NCBI GenBank assembly: GCA_963668175.1
Contig: OY764159.1
Span: 3,744,001-3,808,000, forward strand
Reading direction: 5' to 3'
Length of the DNA stretch: 64,000 nt
From: Syntrophales bacterium
Lineage (GTDB): Bacteria > Desulfobacterota > Syntrophia > Syntrophales > PHBD01
Shown one piece after another: positions 8,580 through 18,694 of this stretch. The notes below the pieces were generated by a model. That model was given only the letters and a program-made list of their open reading frames with translations. It made no database searches and was not told where the DNA came from. Made by a program: the position numbers and the translations under genes. Position 1 is the stretch's first letter; each line of letters opens with the position of its first letter.

Positions 8580-10148
8580 TTATGCCTTTTCCTTGACGGC
8601 ATTTCTTCCGGCGATCCGGCCGTGAACGACGCAATCGGGGATGGCGTTACTTCCCAGACGGTTGGAACCGTGGACACCGCCAGTGAATTCGCCGGCGGCA
8701 TAGAACTTGGGAATAACGGCACCGAACACGTCGATGACCTGGGCATTGGCATTGATCCTGATTCCGCCCATTGTGTGATGTACGGCGGGCCACTGGGCCA
8801 AACCATAGAACGGCCCCTTTACCAAGGGGATCATGACCTTCGTGATGGGTTTACCGAAATCAGGATCCTTGCCGCCCTCTATGTAGTTGTTGTGTTTATC
8901 AATAGTCGCAACCAACTCGCCGCTGGGTATGCCCAGCTTGGAGCCCAGTTCGGAAATGGAGTCGGCCTTGATGAAACGGCCCTTGGCAAGACCTGCCTCG
9001 ATTTCTTCGTTGGCACCGCCCATGGGCAGGACCATGGCATCATTGAAGATGGAATAGGTCGGTTTTGCGTTCGGGCCCAAATTGATCTGGGCAAAGGCGC
9101 AGACGTCGCGGCGCTCCAGTTCGTTCACGAACCGTTTACCCTGTTTGGTGACATACACGATGCCGTAGCCGGGACCGTTGAAGGGGTAAACAGCGGGCGT
9201 GTCCAGAATTCCCGTGTCCGGTTCGGCGAAGGGATAAAGCTGGATGAAGTTCATCTGCAGGGAGTCGGCGCCGATGGCTTCGGCGAAACGGATCGTCTCA
9301 CCGGTGGCTCCCGGATGGTTCGTGCAGTTGAATGACGGAACCAATCTGGGGTTATGAGCCATTCTCATCTTGATGTCTTGGCTGAAACCGCCCGACGCCA
9401 TGATGACGGCCTTTTTGGCCTTGATGTTAATCACTTTCCTGCCTCTCTTGACTTCCACGCCGAGAACGGGGCTCTTGGGATCGGCGTCTTTTCGCCAAAT
9501 CCAGGTGACTTCTGAATTCAGGGTCGGTTTCACGCCCCTCTTTTCGCAAATCTTGCGCAGGGCTTCCGTGTACTCGCGGCCGACACCGATCGACGCGGAA
9601 TGGGTCCGGTAAGCCGTATGGCCGCCGGCACGGGTTACGGTAGGACGAATCTTGGCCCCGCCTTCGTCGATCATCCAGTTGAGGGCTTCTGTAGCGCCGT
9701 TGGCGACATTGGCCGCCAATTCCGGCAGGCTGTAGTAGTCGCCGCCCTTGAGGGTGTCGTTCGTGTGCTGCTGGGGACTGTCGTCACCCAGGTTCAGTTT
9801 CTGCCGATAATGAAATTTGTCATCCCACGATGCATAGACGCCGCCGTTAATGATGGAATTTCCGCCATAGGTCGGCATTTTTTCGAGGACGACGACCGAG
9901 GAGCCGGCACCCGCCACTTCAGCCGCTGCCGCCAAACCTGCAAATCCCGACCCGACAACGACGACATCAAATGTTTCATCCCACTTCTTCGGAAGGGCCT
10001 TGATCATTGCATCGGCACTACCCGGAGCGGCCAGGTTGAGGGCCAAACCACCCGTCGCGGTCACGGCACCCAGTGCCAAAGCGCTTTTCAACATTGAACG
10101 ACGGCTTACCCCATTACCTGCTTGCTTCTCCTTCGCTTTTTTCTCCAT
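8580..10148 (-). CDS. Tat-exported flavocytochrome c flavin subunit (fumarate/urocanate/methacrylate reductase family)
   Basis: SRRSMLK Tat motif; VVVVGSGFAG FAD motif; GGNS; ERRD; VHHTMGG; NRLGSNA. Start at MEKKAK with GGAGG RBS. Confidence 0.9.
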   Translation of the reverse strand: MEKKAKEKQAGNGVSRRSMLKSALALGAVTATGGLALNLAAPGSADAMIKALPKKWDETFDVVVVGSGFAGLAAAAEVAGAGSSVVVLEKMPTYGGNSIINGGVYASWDDKFHYRQKLNLGDDSPQQHTNDTLKGGDYYSLPELAANVANGATEALNWMIDEGGAKIRPTVTRAGGHTAYRTHSASIGVGREYTEALRKICEKRGVKPTLNSEVTWIWRKDADPKSPVLGVEVKRGRKVINIKAKKAVIMASGGFSQDIKMRMAHNPRLVPSFNCTNHPGATGETIRFAEAIGADSLQMNFIQLYPFAEPDTGILDTPAVYPFNGPGYGIVYVTKQGKRFVNELERRDVCAFAQINLGPNAKPTYSIFNDAMVLPMGGANEEIEAGLAKGRFIKADSISELGSKLGIPSGELVATIDKHNNYIEGGKDPDFGKPITKVMIPLVKGPFYGLAQWPAVHHTMGGIRINANAQVIDVFGAVIPKFYAAGEFTGGVHGSNRLGSNAIPDCVVHGRIAGRNAVKEKA

Positions 10149-10359
10149 ATTGACCTCCAAAATATAAAAAATTAAACAATATATCTTCGGCGGACCGCCG
10201 AAGTCCTCTACCTCCAGTACAACTTCATTACCCCTTGGTATTTTAAATCATGAGAGAATTTATCCGATCTGTCAATAGGACAAAGGATGATAATTCCATA
10301 GGATTTTACGCGGACCCCTTCCGGCGAACAGCGGCTGGCAGGGTTTGAACAGTCTTCCT

Positions 10360-10902
10360 CTATTTTAAAAAAGGCTGCGGTATGTTGGCTAGTATATTTC
10401 TCGCCTTCCCGTAATAAGCATCCAGCTTACCGAGGACGCTGCCGGCAAATGCCTTGACATCCCCGTCCCTTCCCTTTTCAATCTCTTCCTTGTAAAGAAC
10501 GACGTTGCGCTGATGTTCGTCCATCATCAGACTCATGTACTGTCTGTCGAATGCGGCTCCGTATTCTTTAGATAAAAAGGAGGTCGTGTTCTGGCGGATA
10601 TGGTCCCGGTCGGCCTCAAGTTTGATACCCTTGCGGTCCGATATACGTTTCAGGTTTTGGTTGATTTTTTCCTGGTCTTCGATCATCTGCCGGCTGAATT
10701 CCTTAACATCTCCGCTTGCCGCTTGCTTGAGGGCCAGGTCCCCCAGGATCATCAACCAGGAACTGCTGGAGTACGCATCCTGCAGAAACTGCCGGTCGGC
10801 ATCCGTCTTTATCTGTCCCTCCGCGACTGCCGTCGGTACGGCCAAGGAAAGACACAGGATGATCATCACCGTTATCAGACAAATATTTCCTCTCCACTTC
10901 AT
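10360..10902 (-). CDS. DUF4142-family exported protein
   Basis: Signal peptide; D..FL..A, VKEF...MI.D, FDRQYM..M. Confidence 0.75.
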   Translation of the reverse strand: MKWRGNICLITVMIILCLSLAVPTAVAEGQIKTDADRQFLQDAYSSSSWLMILGDLALKQAASGDVKEFSRQMIEDQEKINQNLKRISDRKGIKLEADRDHIRQNTTSFLSKEYGAAFDRQYMSLMMDEHQRNVVLYKEEIEKGRDGDVKAFAGSVLGKLDAYYGKARNILANIPQPFLK

Positions 10903-10922
10903 GAACGCTTCTCCATTAATTG

Positions 10923-11462
10923 TCAGTGGGGCTCGGAATGCTTCCGGTGTTCGAACCAGTTATCCCGGTAAACGGCAGCGAGTTCCCTCGATTTCAGGAT
11001 CAGAAGATTCTCGGCGTTCAATTCCTCCGATGCCCTGTTAAAATTGAACGATCCGGTCACAACGACCTCCCGATCGATGACAATGACGCGATTGTTGGCA
11101 ATGGCATGGATACCGTCCAAAAAGACCGGGATACCGGCATTGGCCATAATGGCCGGAGGCGTAAGGCCTTCCTGGCGGTCTGATTTGTCGATGACAACCT
11201 GGACACGGACACCTCTTTTGTGAGCATCGACGAGGGCTTGGGTCAGGACCGGCGATCCGATGGTGTAAGCCTGAACAAGGATCTCCGATCGCGCTTTGAC
11301 AATCTGTTGACGGATGGCTTCGAGACATCCTCCCTGGGGGCTGAAACAGACCAGAACAGGTGTATTGCCGCGGAGGACAAGATCATGAGCGTGGACAGAG
11401 CGCATAGAGAAGAAGACTGCCAGGACAAAGATCAAACTGATGGTGAGGGCAAATTTTCTCAT
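10923..11462 (-). CDS. Phospholipase D/Nuc-like protein with a degenerate HKD motif
   Basis: FSPQGGC, ILVQAY, TGSFNF, NAENLLI; the catalytic HNK is replaced by NNR. Confidence 0.85.
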   Translation of the reverse strand: MRKFALTISLIFVLAVFFSMRSVHAHDLVLRGNTPVLVCFSPQGGCLEAIRQQIVKARSEILVQAYTIGSPVLTQALVDAHKRGVRVQVVIDKSDRQEGLTPPAIMANAGIPVFLDGIHAIANNRVIVIDREVVVTGSFNFNRASEELNAENLLILKSRELAAVYRDNWFEHRKHSEPH

Positions 11463-11622
11463 ATAACCAGCCCGTTAAGATGATATATATATAACCGGAC
11501 TTGTTTTTTCTGTCAAGCTATATGAATATGTACAAGAATTACATTGTCTGAACTCTTAAAGAGAAAAGGATTGCCTGACCCAATCGGGCATAAAACAGGA
11601 CAGCAGGAAGAATTGAAACAAT

Positions 11623-12036
11623 ATGAATAAAACAGACAGAGCGACGACCGTGGTTATCGCCGCGGCGGCCTTTTGGTTCTTCGCCGGCACGGCGCTTGCG
11701 GCACCATTCCAAGATATGGTCTGTAAAGGGAAATCTTCCCGGATGGCGGCGATATGCCGGGCGAAGCCCCTCGGCGAAGCCAAGGACGAAATCATCTGCC
11801 TGTCGGCAGGACAAGACGACTCCCCCCGCATATACCGCTGCGCGTACCAGATCAGGGATTGGGGAGCAACGTCGTCGCCGTATGCGCACACCTCGCGGGT
11901 ATGGACATGCCGGGGTGGAGAGGATTCCGTCTATCTATTCGAACAGGATTACCACATCGATGCCAACCGGTGCGATATCTTATGCGGGCGCTGCAATTCG
12001 GGTTGGCGCCCGGCCGGGGAAAAAACCGGGCCATAA
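11623..12036 (+). CDS. Hypothetical secreted Cys-rich protein
   Basis: Signal peptide ending TALA; eight Cys in the mature part; fills the gap between neighbouring genes. Confidence 0.55.
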   Translation: MNKTDRATTVVIAAAAFWFFAGTALAAPFQDMVCKGKSSRMAAICRAKPLGEAKDEIICLSAGQDDSPRIYRCAYQIRDWGATSSPYAHTSRVWTCRGGEDSVYLFEQDYHIDANRCDILCGRCNSGWRPAGEKTGP

Positions 12037-12079
12037 CTCCCGGTGTCTTCTCCCGGGTGCAGTCAAGAAGCAGAGGATA

Positions 12080-12868
12080 TTATCTGAGCAGCGCGACAGC
12101 TATCACGATAACGCCCAGGGCAAACCTGTACCAGACAAAAGGCAGGAAGGTTTTCGTCTGGACGTAGCGCAGCAGGAATCCGATACTGGCGACGCCTGTC
12201 AGACATGACACAACCATCCCCACGACAAAACTTCCCGTGACCATAGACGGATTCGCCGCAATTTGAGGCAGTTTGACCAAGGCGGCCCCAAGAATAATCG
12301 GTGCCGAAAGAAGGAAGGAGAAACGCGCCGCTCCTTCCCTTGTCAGTCCGAGGATCAATCCTACGGTCATGGTGATACCGGAACGCGAAACCCCGGGAAT
12401 AATAGCCAAAGCTTGGGAGATACCGATAAGAAGAGAGGTTTTGAAGGTAATGGCCCTGAGGTCGATGTTTTTGTGACTCTTCCTGTCCGCCAAATAAAGG
12501 ATAATGCCCAGGATGATGAGCATAAAGGCGATGAGCAAGGGATTTCTGAACGTGGTTTCCGCCTTGTGCTCCAAGAGCAGTCCGATCAAACCGCCGGGAA
12601 TCGTCGCCGCAACTAGATACCAGAAGAGGCGTCCCTCCACGCTCTTTCTGTCTGTAAATCCCTTAAGGAGAAGATTCAGCCAGTCCCTCCAGAAGTAAAG
12701 AACAACGGCGACTAGGGTCCCCAGATGCAGGGCGATATCGAACGTAAGCCCCGGGTCCGTCCAATTGAAAAGCCACGGGACGAGGACCAGATGGGCCGAA
12801 CTCGATATGGGCAGAAATTCCCCCAATCCCTGGACCAATCCCAGAATGACAGACTCAAACAGATTCAA
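12080..12868 (-). CDS. uppP: Undecaprenyl-diphosphate phosphatase
   Basis: QGLGEFLPISSSAH, HLGT, PGVSRSG; multiple TM helices. Confidence 0.95.
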   Translation of the reverse strand: MNLFESVILGLVQGLGEFLPISSSAHLVLVPWLFNWTDPGLTFDIALHLGTLVAVVLYFWRDWLNLLLKGFTDRKSVEGRLFWYLVAATIPGGLIGLLLEHKAETTFRNPLLIAFMLIILGIILYLADRKSHKNIDLRAITFKTSLLIGISQALAIIPGVSRSGITMTVGLILGLTREGAARFSFLLSAPIILGAALVKLPQIAANPSMVTGSFVVGMVVSCLTGVASIGFLLRYVQTKTFLPFVWYRFALGVIVIAVALLR

Positions 12869-13273
12869 CTCTCACCTCCGCATAGGTCATTTCTAACAAA
12901 AACAGATATCGCCCGTCTTCCCGGCAAACATACCGCCAGGAAATACCGCATCGACCGCAATATCAGGACATGCTTACACAGGATTGTCCCGAGAGATTCG
13001 GATAGGCTTTCTTCAGAGACCGATACAAAAACACGGCATTTTCGAGTCGCATCTATTACCTTACGAGTGTTGATTTGTCCATGGCATTATTCCCGCTTCC
13101 CCATGCTTCATCAAAAAGCCATTCCGCATCGCATTGGCTGCGGCCTGAAATTTTTCCATCTTCATTCCCGCAAGCTTCAATAATCTTCATATTCCTGACG
13201 CCGGTATCGAGCGCCATGCCGTCTTTCGAAGTAACCGGATGACAAGGCATAAGGCCCGTACGGTCTTTTCGTA

Positions 13274-13302
13274 TTGACACCTGATCCGTTTCCCAATATA
13301 TA
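13274..13302 (+). promoter_or_regulatory. Sigma70-type promoter upstream of the FapA-like gene
   Basis: TTGACA-N17-TATATA. Confidence 0.55.
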
Positions 13303-13391
13303 TATTCCTATACATCGTCTGATAGAATCATTGCCAGTAATTTCGTCAGGAGATTGAAGCCATTCCGGAACAGATTCTTTCGCCCGATTTC

Positions 13392-15710
13392 TTGGAAATA
13401 TCCGCCGAAGGCGCTTTTGTAAGTGTTCATAAACTAAACGAGAGCGGCCCGTTTTTAGCGTTTGCCCAGGAAGTGTTTTCGAAGGGCTATTATTTAAGCG
13501 AATTAAACTATCCGAATTTCTGCGGCATCCTTTACGACTTTAAGAGATTCAGAAGTAAGAACGAAAAAGCATTTCTGGCCAAAGCCTTAATCACCCTGCC
13601 TGCAGAAAAGAAACCTCTATACGAAAGATTCAAAATCAAAGACGACACGGCCTACTACGAATTCGGGCCGATTTTCCTGCCTGGCGAAGGGCGAAGGGAC
13701 ATCGAGATCAATATCAATTTCGATGAACTCGTTGCGGCCGCATGGAACAAGCAGATCTGCTTCGGCCTGAAAGAAGACGTCATCCGCCAGAAGCTTAAGA
13801 GCCGTTTCACGGGCCTGAACGTCATCGCCCAGGCGACCAAACCGAAAAACGGGGAAGACGCCCGTCTGGAACATATCGTTAAACTTGAAAAGGATTACTC
13901 TCCGGTGGAAGACCCGAGAACTGGCCGTCTCGATTTGAAACGCAACAAATGCACCTTCCCGCAAATCGCCGACAAACTCCAGAACAAGATCATCCGCAAG
14001 GTCCGGGCCACCGAGGGCTCACCCGGATACCACCTGAACGGCAAGATCATTCCTTCCAAACCGGGGCATGATGTCGAATTGAAAACCATGGCCGGAGAAG
14101 GAACGGAGGTCGTCACGGAGAGCGGTACGGAATACCTCGCCGCCAACCGCGTCGGGTATATCGTCTCCGATCCCAAGACCGGCAAGATTGGTGTGACTTC
14201 CGAAGCCCAGAATCATTCGCCGATCGGACCGGAAACAGGCAATCTGGAAATCAAGGCGGCGCAGATCGTCCAGTATAACGACATTCAGAACGGCTATTCC
14301 ATCAAATGCAAGAACATCACCGTGGAGAGCGGCGATGTCAGCGGTGAAATCATATCCGAAACGGGCCTGATCGAAATCAAGGGCAATGTGAGCAGCGGAC
14401 GGCTGATAGCGCAGGACGGAACCATCGTGGTCAAGGGCATCGTCATGATGAATGCCTACCTTGAATGCCTGCACGGCCGTATCGACTTGCAGACGGTGGA
14501 GAACTCGACGGTCATCGGCGAAAGCATCTCGATCCAGTCCGCCCTCAATTGCAATATCATCGGCGAAAGCGTCTCGATTGCCAATCTGCAATCATCCAAA
14601 ATCACAGGCGTTTCCGTCTTTGTTGAAAATGTGGCTGCCTCCGGCAAGAAAGGCGAAGTCACGGACATCGTTATCCCTATCCTCGACATGCAGGACAAGA
14701 GAATCCGCGTTATCAGCCATATCCTGGAGGAGAAGAAGGCACTGATTCCGGACCAGGAAGCCAGACTCAAGAACCTGAGAGAGAATAAGATTCTTTTAAC
14801 GTACCTGGAGGCGATGAAGGCCGAAGACGGGCCGACGATGAACGCCCTCCGCCGTCATGCCATGCCCATCATGAACGACATGAGCAAGATGACCAAGGAG
14901 GTTGACAGCGCCAAAGAGGAGATTGCCACGATAGAAGACAACCTCCGAAAACTGACGGCGGACCAGGACGGCAGGGTTGAAAACCTCCGGAAGACACAGC
15001 GGTGCATTATAGAAAATGCGCCGGGCGAAACGGTTAATTTGAAGCTTTACGGCGGGTTGGACTGGCCTCCGGATTTCAATCGAATCGGCCGTGCGGAAGA
15101 CGCCTCCCACAGAAATTTCATGTCTCTCGTCGACAGCCTGACAGGCGGCTTCAGCAATTACAAGAGGAAGGGTTACGTCCGGCTGTTGAAGGAAGCATGC
15201 CATTACGATCACTTTGACTTGGTCAAGATGTACGAGAACGCGGAAATCATCGATACGGCTCACGGCGGCGCCGGCAAGACGGAAACGCAAGGGCCCCAAA
15301 AAACGGAGCATCGGGAAAGCCGGGCGCATGTCATATCCGAAGAAGATTTCAAGCATTTTATAAAAGAGAAAAAGTGGCCGCCCAGAAAACAGAGCATCGA
15401 AATAGCCGTGGACGGGATTTTCAAAGGATACCTCAACGATTTCAGTACGACTGAAATGACTATGCTGATGGAAAAGAACCAGAAATGGAGGCCTGTCTTC
15501 GAAAAAGGCGAAAAATTGAAACTCGTCGCCCAGGTTTTCGGGAACGAATTGAAATATGACTACATCATCGCCTACATCACGGACAGGCATGATTATATCA
15601 GAGTGGGAGGCTATTTCATCAATATCAGCAACGAGGACGTGGACAAGCTCTATAAGCTGAAGAACCGGTTTGAGGTCCTGCAAAAATCTTCCGATACCGC
15701 CGGGAGGTGA
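13392..15710 (+). CDS. FapA/DUF342-family protein with a coiled coil and a degenerate PilZ-like C-terminus; start uncertain
   Basis: IAQATKPKNGEDA, GRLDLK, AT.G.PG..L.G; beta-helix repeats; coiled coil; C-terminal NDFSTTE and ...F.....DVDKL. Confidence 0.7.
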   Translation: MEISAEGAFVSVHKLNESGPFLAFAQEVFSKGYYLSELNYPNFCGILYDFKRFRSKNEKAFLAKALITLPAEKKPLYERFKIKDDTAYYEFGPIFLPGEGRRDIEININFDELVAAAWNKQICFGLKEDVIRQKLKSRFTGLNVIAQATKPKNGEDARLEHIVKLEKDYSPVEDPRTGRLDLKRNKCTFPQIADKLQNKIIRKVRATEGSPGYHLNGKIIPSKPGHDVELKTMAGEGTEVVTESGTEYLAANRVGYIVSDPKTGKIGVTSEAQNHSPIGPETGNLEIKAAQIVQYNDIQNGYSIKCKNITVESGDVSGEIISETGLIEIKGNVSSGRLIAQDGTIVVKGIVMMNAYLECLHGRIDLQTVENSTVIGESISIQSALNCNIIGESVSIANLQSSKITGVSVFVENVAASGKKGEVTDIVIPILDMQDKRIRVISHILEEKKALIPDQEARLKNLRENKILLTYLEAMKAEDGPTMNALRRHAMPIMNDMSKMTKEVDSAKEEIATIEDNLRKLTADQDGRVENLRKTQRCIIENAPGETVNLKLYGGLDWPPDFNRIGRAEDASHRNFMSLVDSLTGGFSNYKRKGYVRLLKEACHYDHFDLVKMYENAEIIDTAHGGAGKTETQGPQKTEHRESRAHVISEEDFKHFIKEKKWPPRKQSIEIAVDGIFKGYLNDFSTTEMTMLMEKNQKWRPVFEKGEKLKLVAQVFGNELKYDYIIAYITDRHDYIRVGGYFINISNEDVDKLYKLKNRFEVLQKSSDTAGR

Positions 15711-15803
15711 AGACAAAGCCGATCCCCGCATCATCGAAGGGACCGGTGAAAATCGGGGATGCCCCGGGAAAGGCGGCCGGATGGACAGATTATCCGGTTT
15801 CGA

Positions 15804-17969
15804 TCACTTTTTCCCCGCCTTGGCCAGTGCTTCCTTCACACGCTCTGGCGTCATGGGCATCTTATACAGCCTGACCCCGGTCGCATCGAAAATCGCATTG
15901 GCAATGACGGCACCGACGCACGTGATGGTCGGCTCGCCTCCTCCCTGCGGCGGAACGGCGTTATTTTCGACGAGTACCGTTTCGATTTCCGGCAGCCACG
16001 AAAAGCGAGGAATGGCATACGTTCCGAAGTTGGTATCCATGATCTTGCCGCCTTGGAACTGAATCTCCTCCCTCAGGGCATAGCCCAGCCCCATGGCGAG
16101 GCCTCCTTCCATTTGCAGCCGTGCACCTTCCGGATTGATCACGATGCCCATGTCCTGAGCACAGACCAGGCGTTTGACCCTCACGTCTCCGGTTTCCCGG
16201 TTGACATCCACTTCCGCCATGGCGGCAACGCATGTTCCGGCATCCATGGAACATGCCATACCCCAACCCCGGCCGCTGGGAGCGGGGACAGCCTGCCATC
16301 CAAATTTTTCGCTTACGGCCTTCAGGGTATTGCACATTCGCCCGCCGGCGAGATGGTCCATGCGGAAGGCCAGGGGGTCTCTCTTGATTGCCGCAGCCAT
16401 GGCATCTACCTGCGATTCCCGGGCGAAGGTATTGCTGTTGTTGCCCGGGGCACGCCACGGCCCCGTGGCAAAGGGATGTGCCCCTTCCTGTCCTGTGTAA
16501 TGCACATAAGCCGTTTCCCGGTGGTGCGGTATGTCATAGAATTGTTCCGCACCCCTTGGCCCGGCATAATAAACATCGTATTTCCAGAAGACGATCCTGC
16601 CTGCTTTATCCAGACCCGATTGGATTTTGACGATCGACGCCGGTCGGAAGGTGTCGTAGAAAAATTCCTCCTGCCTGCTCCACATGACCTGCACGGGTTT
16701 ACCCGTTGCTTTTGCCAGTCTCGCCGCTTCGATGGCCTGCAGGTGATAGCTCTTACCTCCGAAGCCCCCTCCTACAAAAGGCATGATGATATGCACATTC
16801 CGGGCGGGAATGCCGAGAGCCCTGGCAATGGAATCTTTTGCGGGAAACGGTGTCTGCGTCGACGGCCAGACGGTCGCTCTATTGCCATCCACTTTGGCAA
16901 GTGCGGCGTGGGTCTCCATGGCGGCATGGGCCACGTAATGGTCGTAATAGGTCCCGGCGATGGTCATAACCGCAAGTTTTCTCCCTGTGTCCAGATTCCC
17001 CGCTTCCGACACGGTCTCGCCTTCACCGGGCGCCTTGGCCAGAAGATGATCGTGGATGGTACCGTTGTTCAGCCTGCCTTCGGGCGTATCATATTCTGCT
17101 TTAATGAAGGCCAGCGCCTTTTCCGCCGCATCGGGAAGAGCATGAAGAACGGCGACAATATCCGCTTCCTCCACGACGACGGCGCCCGGATAATTTCTCG
17201 CAGCGGAGGTATCGACCTTAAGCAAACGGGCGCCGTGCACGGGCGGCCGCAGTATTCTCGCGTAAAGCATCCCCGGCAGCCGGATATCGGCGGCATAAAG
17301 GGCCGTACCGGTGACCTTTTTCAAGCCGTCCGTGCGGCGGTGAGGCTTGCCCATGACCTTGAACTCGGACGCCTTCTTGACAGCCGGCTTGGCCGGAAGG
17401 TGCCTGGCAATCGCTTTACCGCGGGCCAGTTGGGCATATGTGATTTTTTTCTCCGGGGCCTGGCGATCCGATATGACGCCGTCATTCACGACCAACCGGC
17501 TTCGCGGAACGCCCAGACGCTCGGACGCCATGGTGATGAGGACCATCCGTGCCTCGGCAGCGGCTTCCCGAAGCGGCGGTCCGAAAAACCTCGTGCTCCG
17601 TGAACCGAAAGTACCCATGTCCCAGGGACAGAGATCCGTATCGCCCATGACCATATCGACCCGCTCCACGGCCACATCCAGTTCGTCGGCCAACATCTGG
17701 GCCAGGGACGTGACGATACCCTGCCCCATTTCGATCTTTCCCGTATACAGACTCACCCGGCCGTCGGCAACGATCCGCAGAAAGGCATTGAAATCGGACG
17801 GCAGGTCTTTTCCCGGAACGCGCCGGGAAGCACTCTCCTGCGCGGGCAGGAGGCCGGCAGAGAAGAATACGATGACCCCTCCCCCCGCAGCCTTGAGAAA
17901 ATCACGGCGATTAAGGAAAAAACCCGCCCCGCTTTCAGTTTCCGCGTTTTGTGTCTTGCCTTCGCTCAT
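15804..17969 (-). CDS. Xanthine dehydrogenase-family molybdopterin subunit (IorB/isoquinoline 1-oxidoreductase beta-like), Tat signal
   Basis: NRRDFLK, KIEMGQG, GTFGSRS, GGGFGGK, WRAPG, QMEGG, GGGEP. Confidence 0.9.
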   Translation of the reverse strand: MSEGKTQNAETESGAGFFLNRRDFLKAAGGGVIVFFSAGLLPAQESASRRVPGKDLPSDFNAFLRIVADGRVSLYTGKIEMGQGIVTSLAQMLADELDVAVERVDMVMGDTDLCPWDMGTFGSRSTRFFGPPLREAAAEARMVLITMASERLGVPRSRLVVNDGVISDRQAPEKKITYAQLARGKAIARHLPAKPAVKKASEFKVMGKPHRRTDGLKKVTGTALYAADIRLPGMLYARILRPPVHGARLLKVDTSAARNYPGAVVVEEADIVAVLHALPDAAEKALAFIKAEYDTPEGRLNNGTIHDHLLAKAPGEGETVSEAGNLDTGRKLAVMTIAGTYYDHYVAHAAMETHAALAKVDGNRATVWPSTQTPFPAKDSIARALGIPARNVHIIMPFVGGGFGGKSYHLQAIEAARLAKATGKPVQVMWSRQEEFFYDTFRPASIVKIQSGLDKAGRIVFWKYDVYYAGPRGAEQFYDIPHHRETAYVHYTGQEGAHPFATGPWRAPGNNSNTFARESQVDAMAAAIKRDPLAFRMDHLAGGRMCNTLKAVSEKFGWQAVPAPSGRGWGMACSMDAGTCVAAMAEVDVNRETGDVRVKRLVCAQDMGIVINPEGARLQMEGGLAMGLGYALREEIQFQGGKIMDTNFGTYAIPRFSWLPEIETVLVENNAVPPQGGGEPTITCVGAVIANAIFDATGVRLYKMPMTPERVKEALAKAGKK

Positions 17970-17977
17970 GATTCCCC

Positions 17978-18442
17978 CTATCTCATGCGGCGGGCGGCGC
18001 TATCGACCGCCGCAACGACGCGTTCATAAGAAGTGCACCGGCACAAATTGCCCTCCATACCTCTGATGATGTCCGATTTTGTAGGGCGCGGGTTTTCCAT
18101 GAGCAGGCCGTATGCCGTCATAATCATCCCGGAAGTGCAAAAACCGCACTGGAGGGCGTCGTGCTCCAGGAAGGCCTCCTGCACCGGGTGGAGTGCGCCG
18201 TCCCGGGCAAGTCCCTCGATGGTCAACACTTCCATTCCTTTAACAGTCCGAACCTGGGTCAAGCAGGATCTTGCCGCCTTCCCGTTGATAAGCACCGTAC
18301 AGGCGCCGCAATGCCCTTCGCCGCATCCGTATTTGGTTCCGGTGAGCCCCAAATCCGTGCGCAGTACCCACAGCAGCGTCCGATCGCCATCGACGTGCAA
18401 ACGGACAGATTTACGGTTGATTCTTACGTCGATATCTTCCAT
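17978..18442 (-). CDS. (2Fe-2S)-binding small subunit (IorA/CoxS-like)
   Basis: GTKYGCGEGHCGACTV, QCGFC, NLCRC. Confidence 0.95.
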   Translation of the reverse strand: MEDIDVRINRKSVRLHVDGDRTLLWVLRTDLGLTGTKYGCGEGHCGACTVLINGKAARSCLTQVRTVKGMEVLTIEGLARDGALHPVQEAFLEHDALQCGFCTSGMIMTAYGLLMENPRPTKSDIIRGMEGNLCRCTSYERVVAAVDSAARRMR

Positions 18443-18621
18443 GAGCGGCCCTCCGTCGCTCCATCCTTATTGTTATTGTTCCATTACAGCCTTTTTTACA
18501 TCGTATGTCATGATCGAAAACATGGCCGCTTCAAAGGAATGAGATTCTGACTCAGTTCTTTATGAACCGTACCGATCATCGCTTTCTCGACTGCCGGATT
18601 TGCGCAGCGGCAAAATGAAAT

Positions 18622-18652
18622 AAATGGGGCCCGTGCCACACGCGCCCCATTT
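18622..18652. terminator. Hairpin downstream of Lys-rich paralog 1
   Basis: AAATGGGGCCCGTG-CCA-CACGCGCCCCATTT. Confidence 0.6.
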
Positions 18653-18694
18653 TTCAGAAACAAAGAAGCTCAAAAAATACCCGAGGTCATTTAC

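Noticed and set aside
10185..10203. CTTCGGCGG-A-CCGCCGAAG palindrome upstream of the flavoprotein gene
   Set aside because: A single short hairpin. It cannot be called a REP family or operator from this window alone.
13056..13280. 74-aa minus-strand ORF upstream of uppP
   Set aside because: No motif and a poor RBS, and it overlaps the divergent promoter region.
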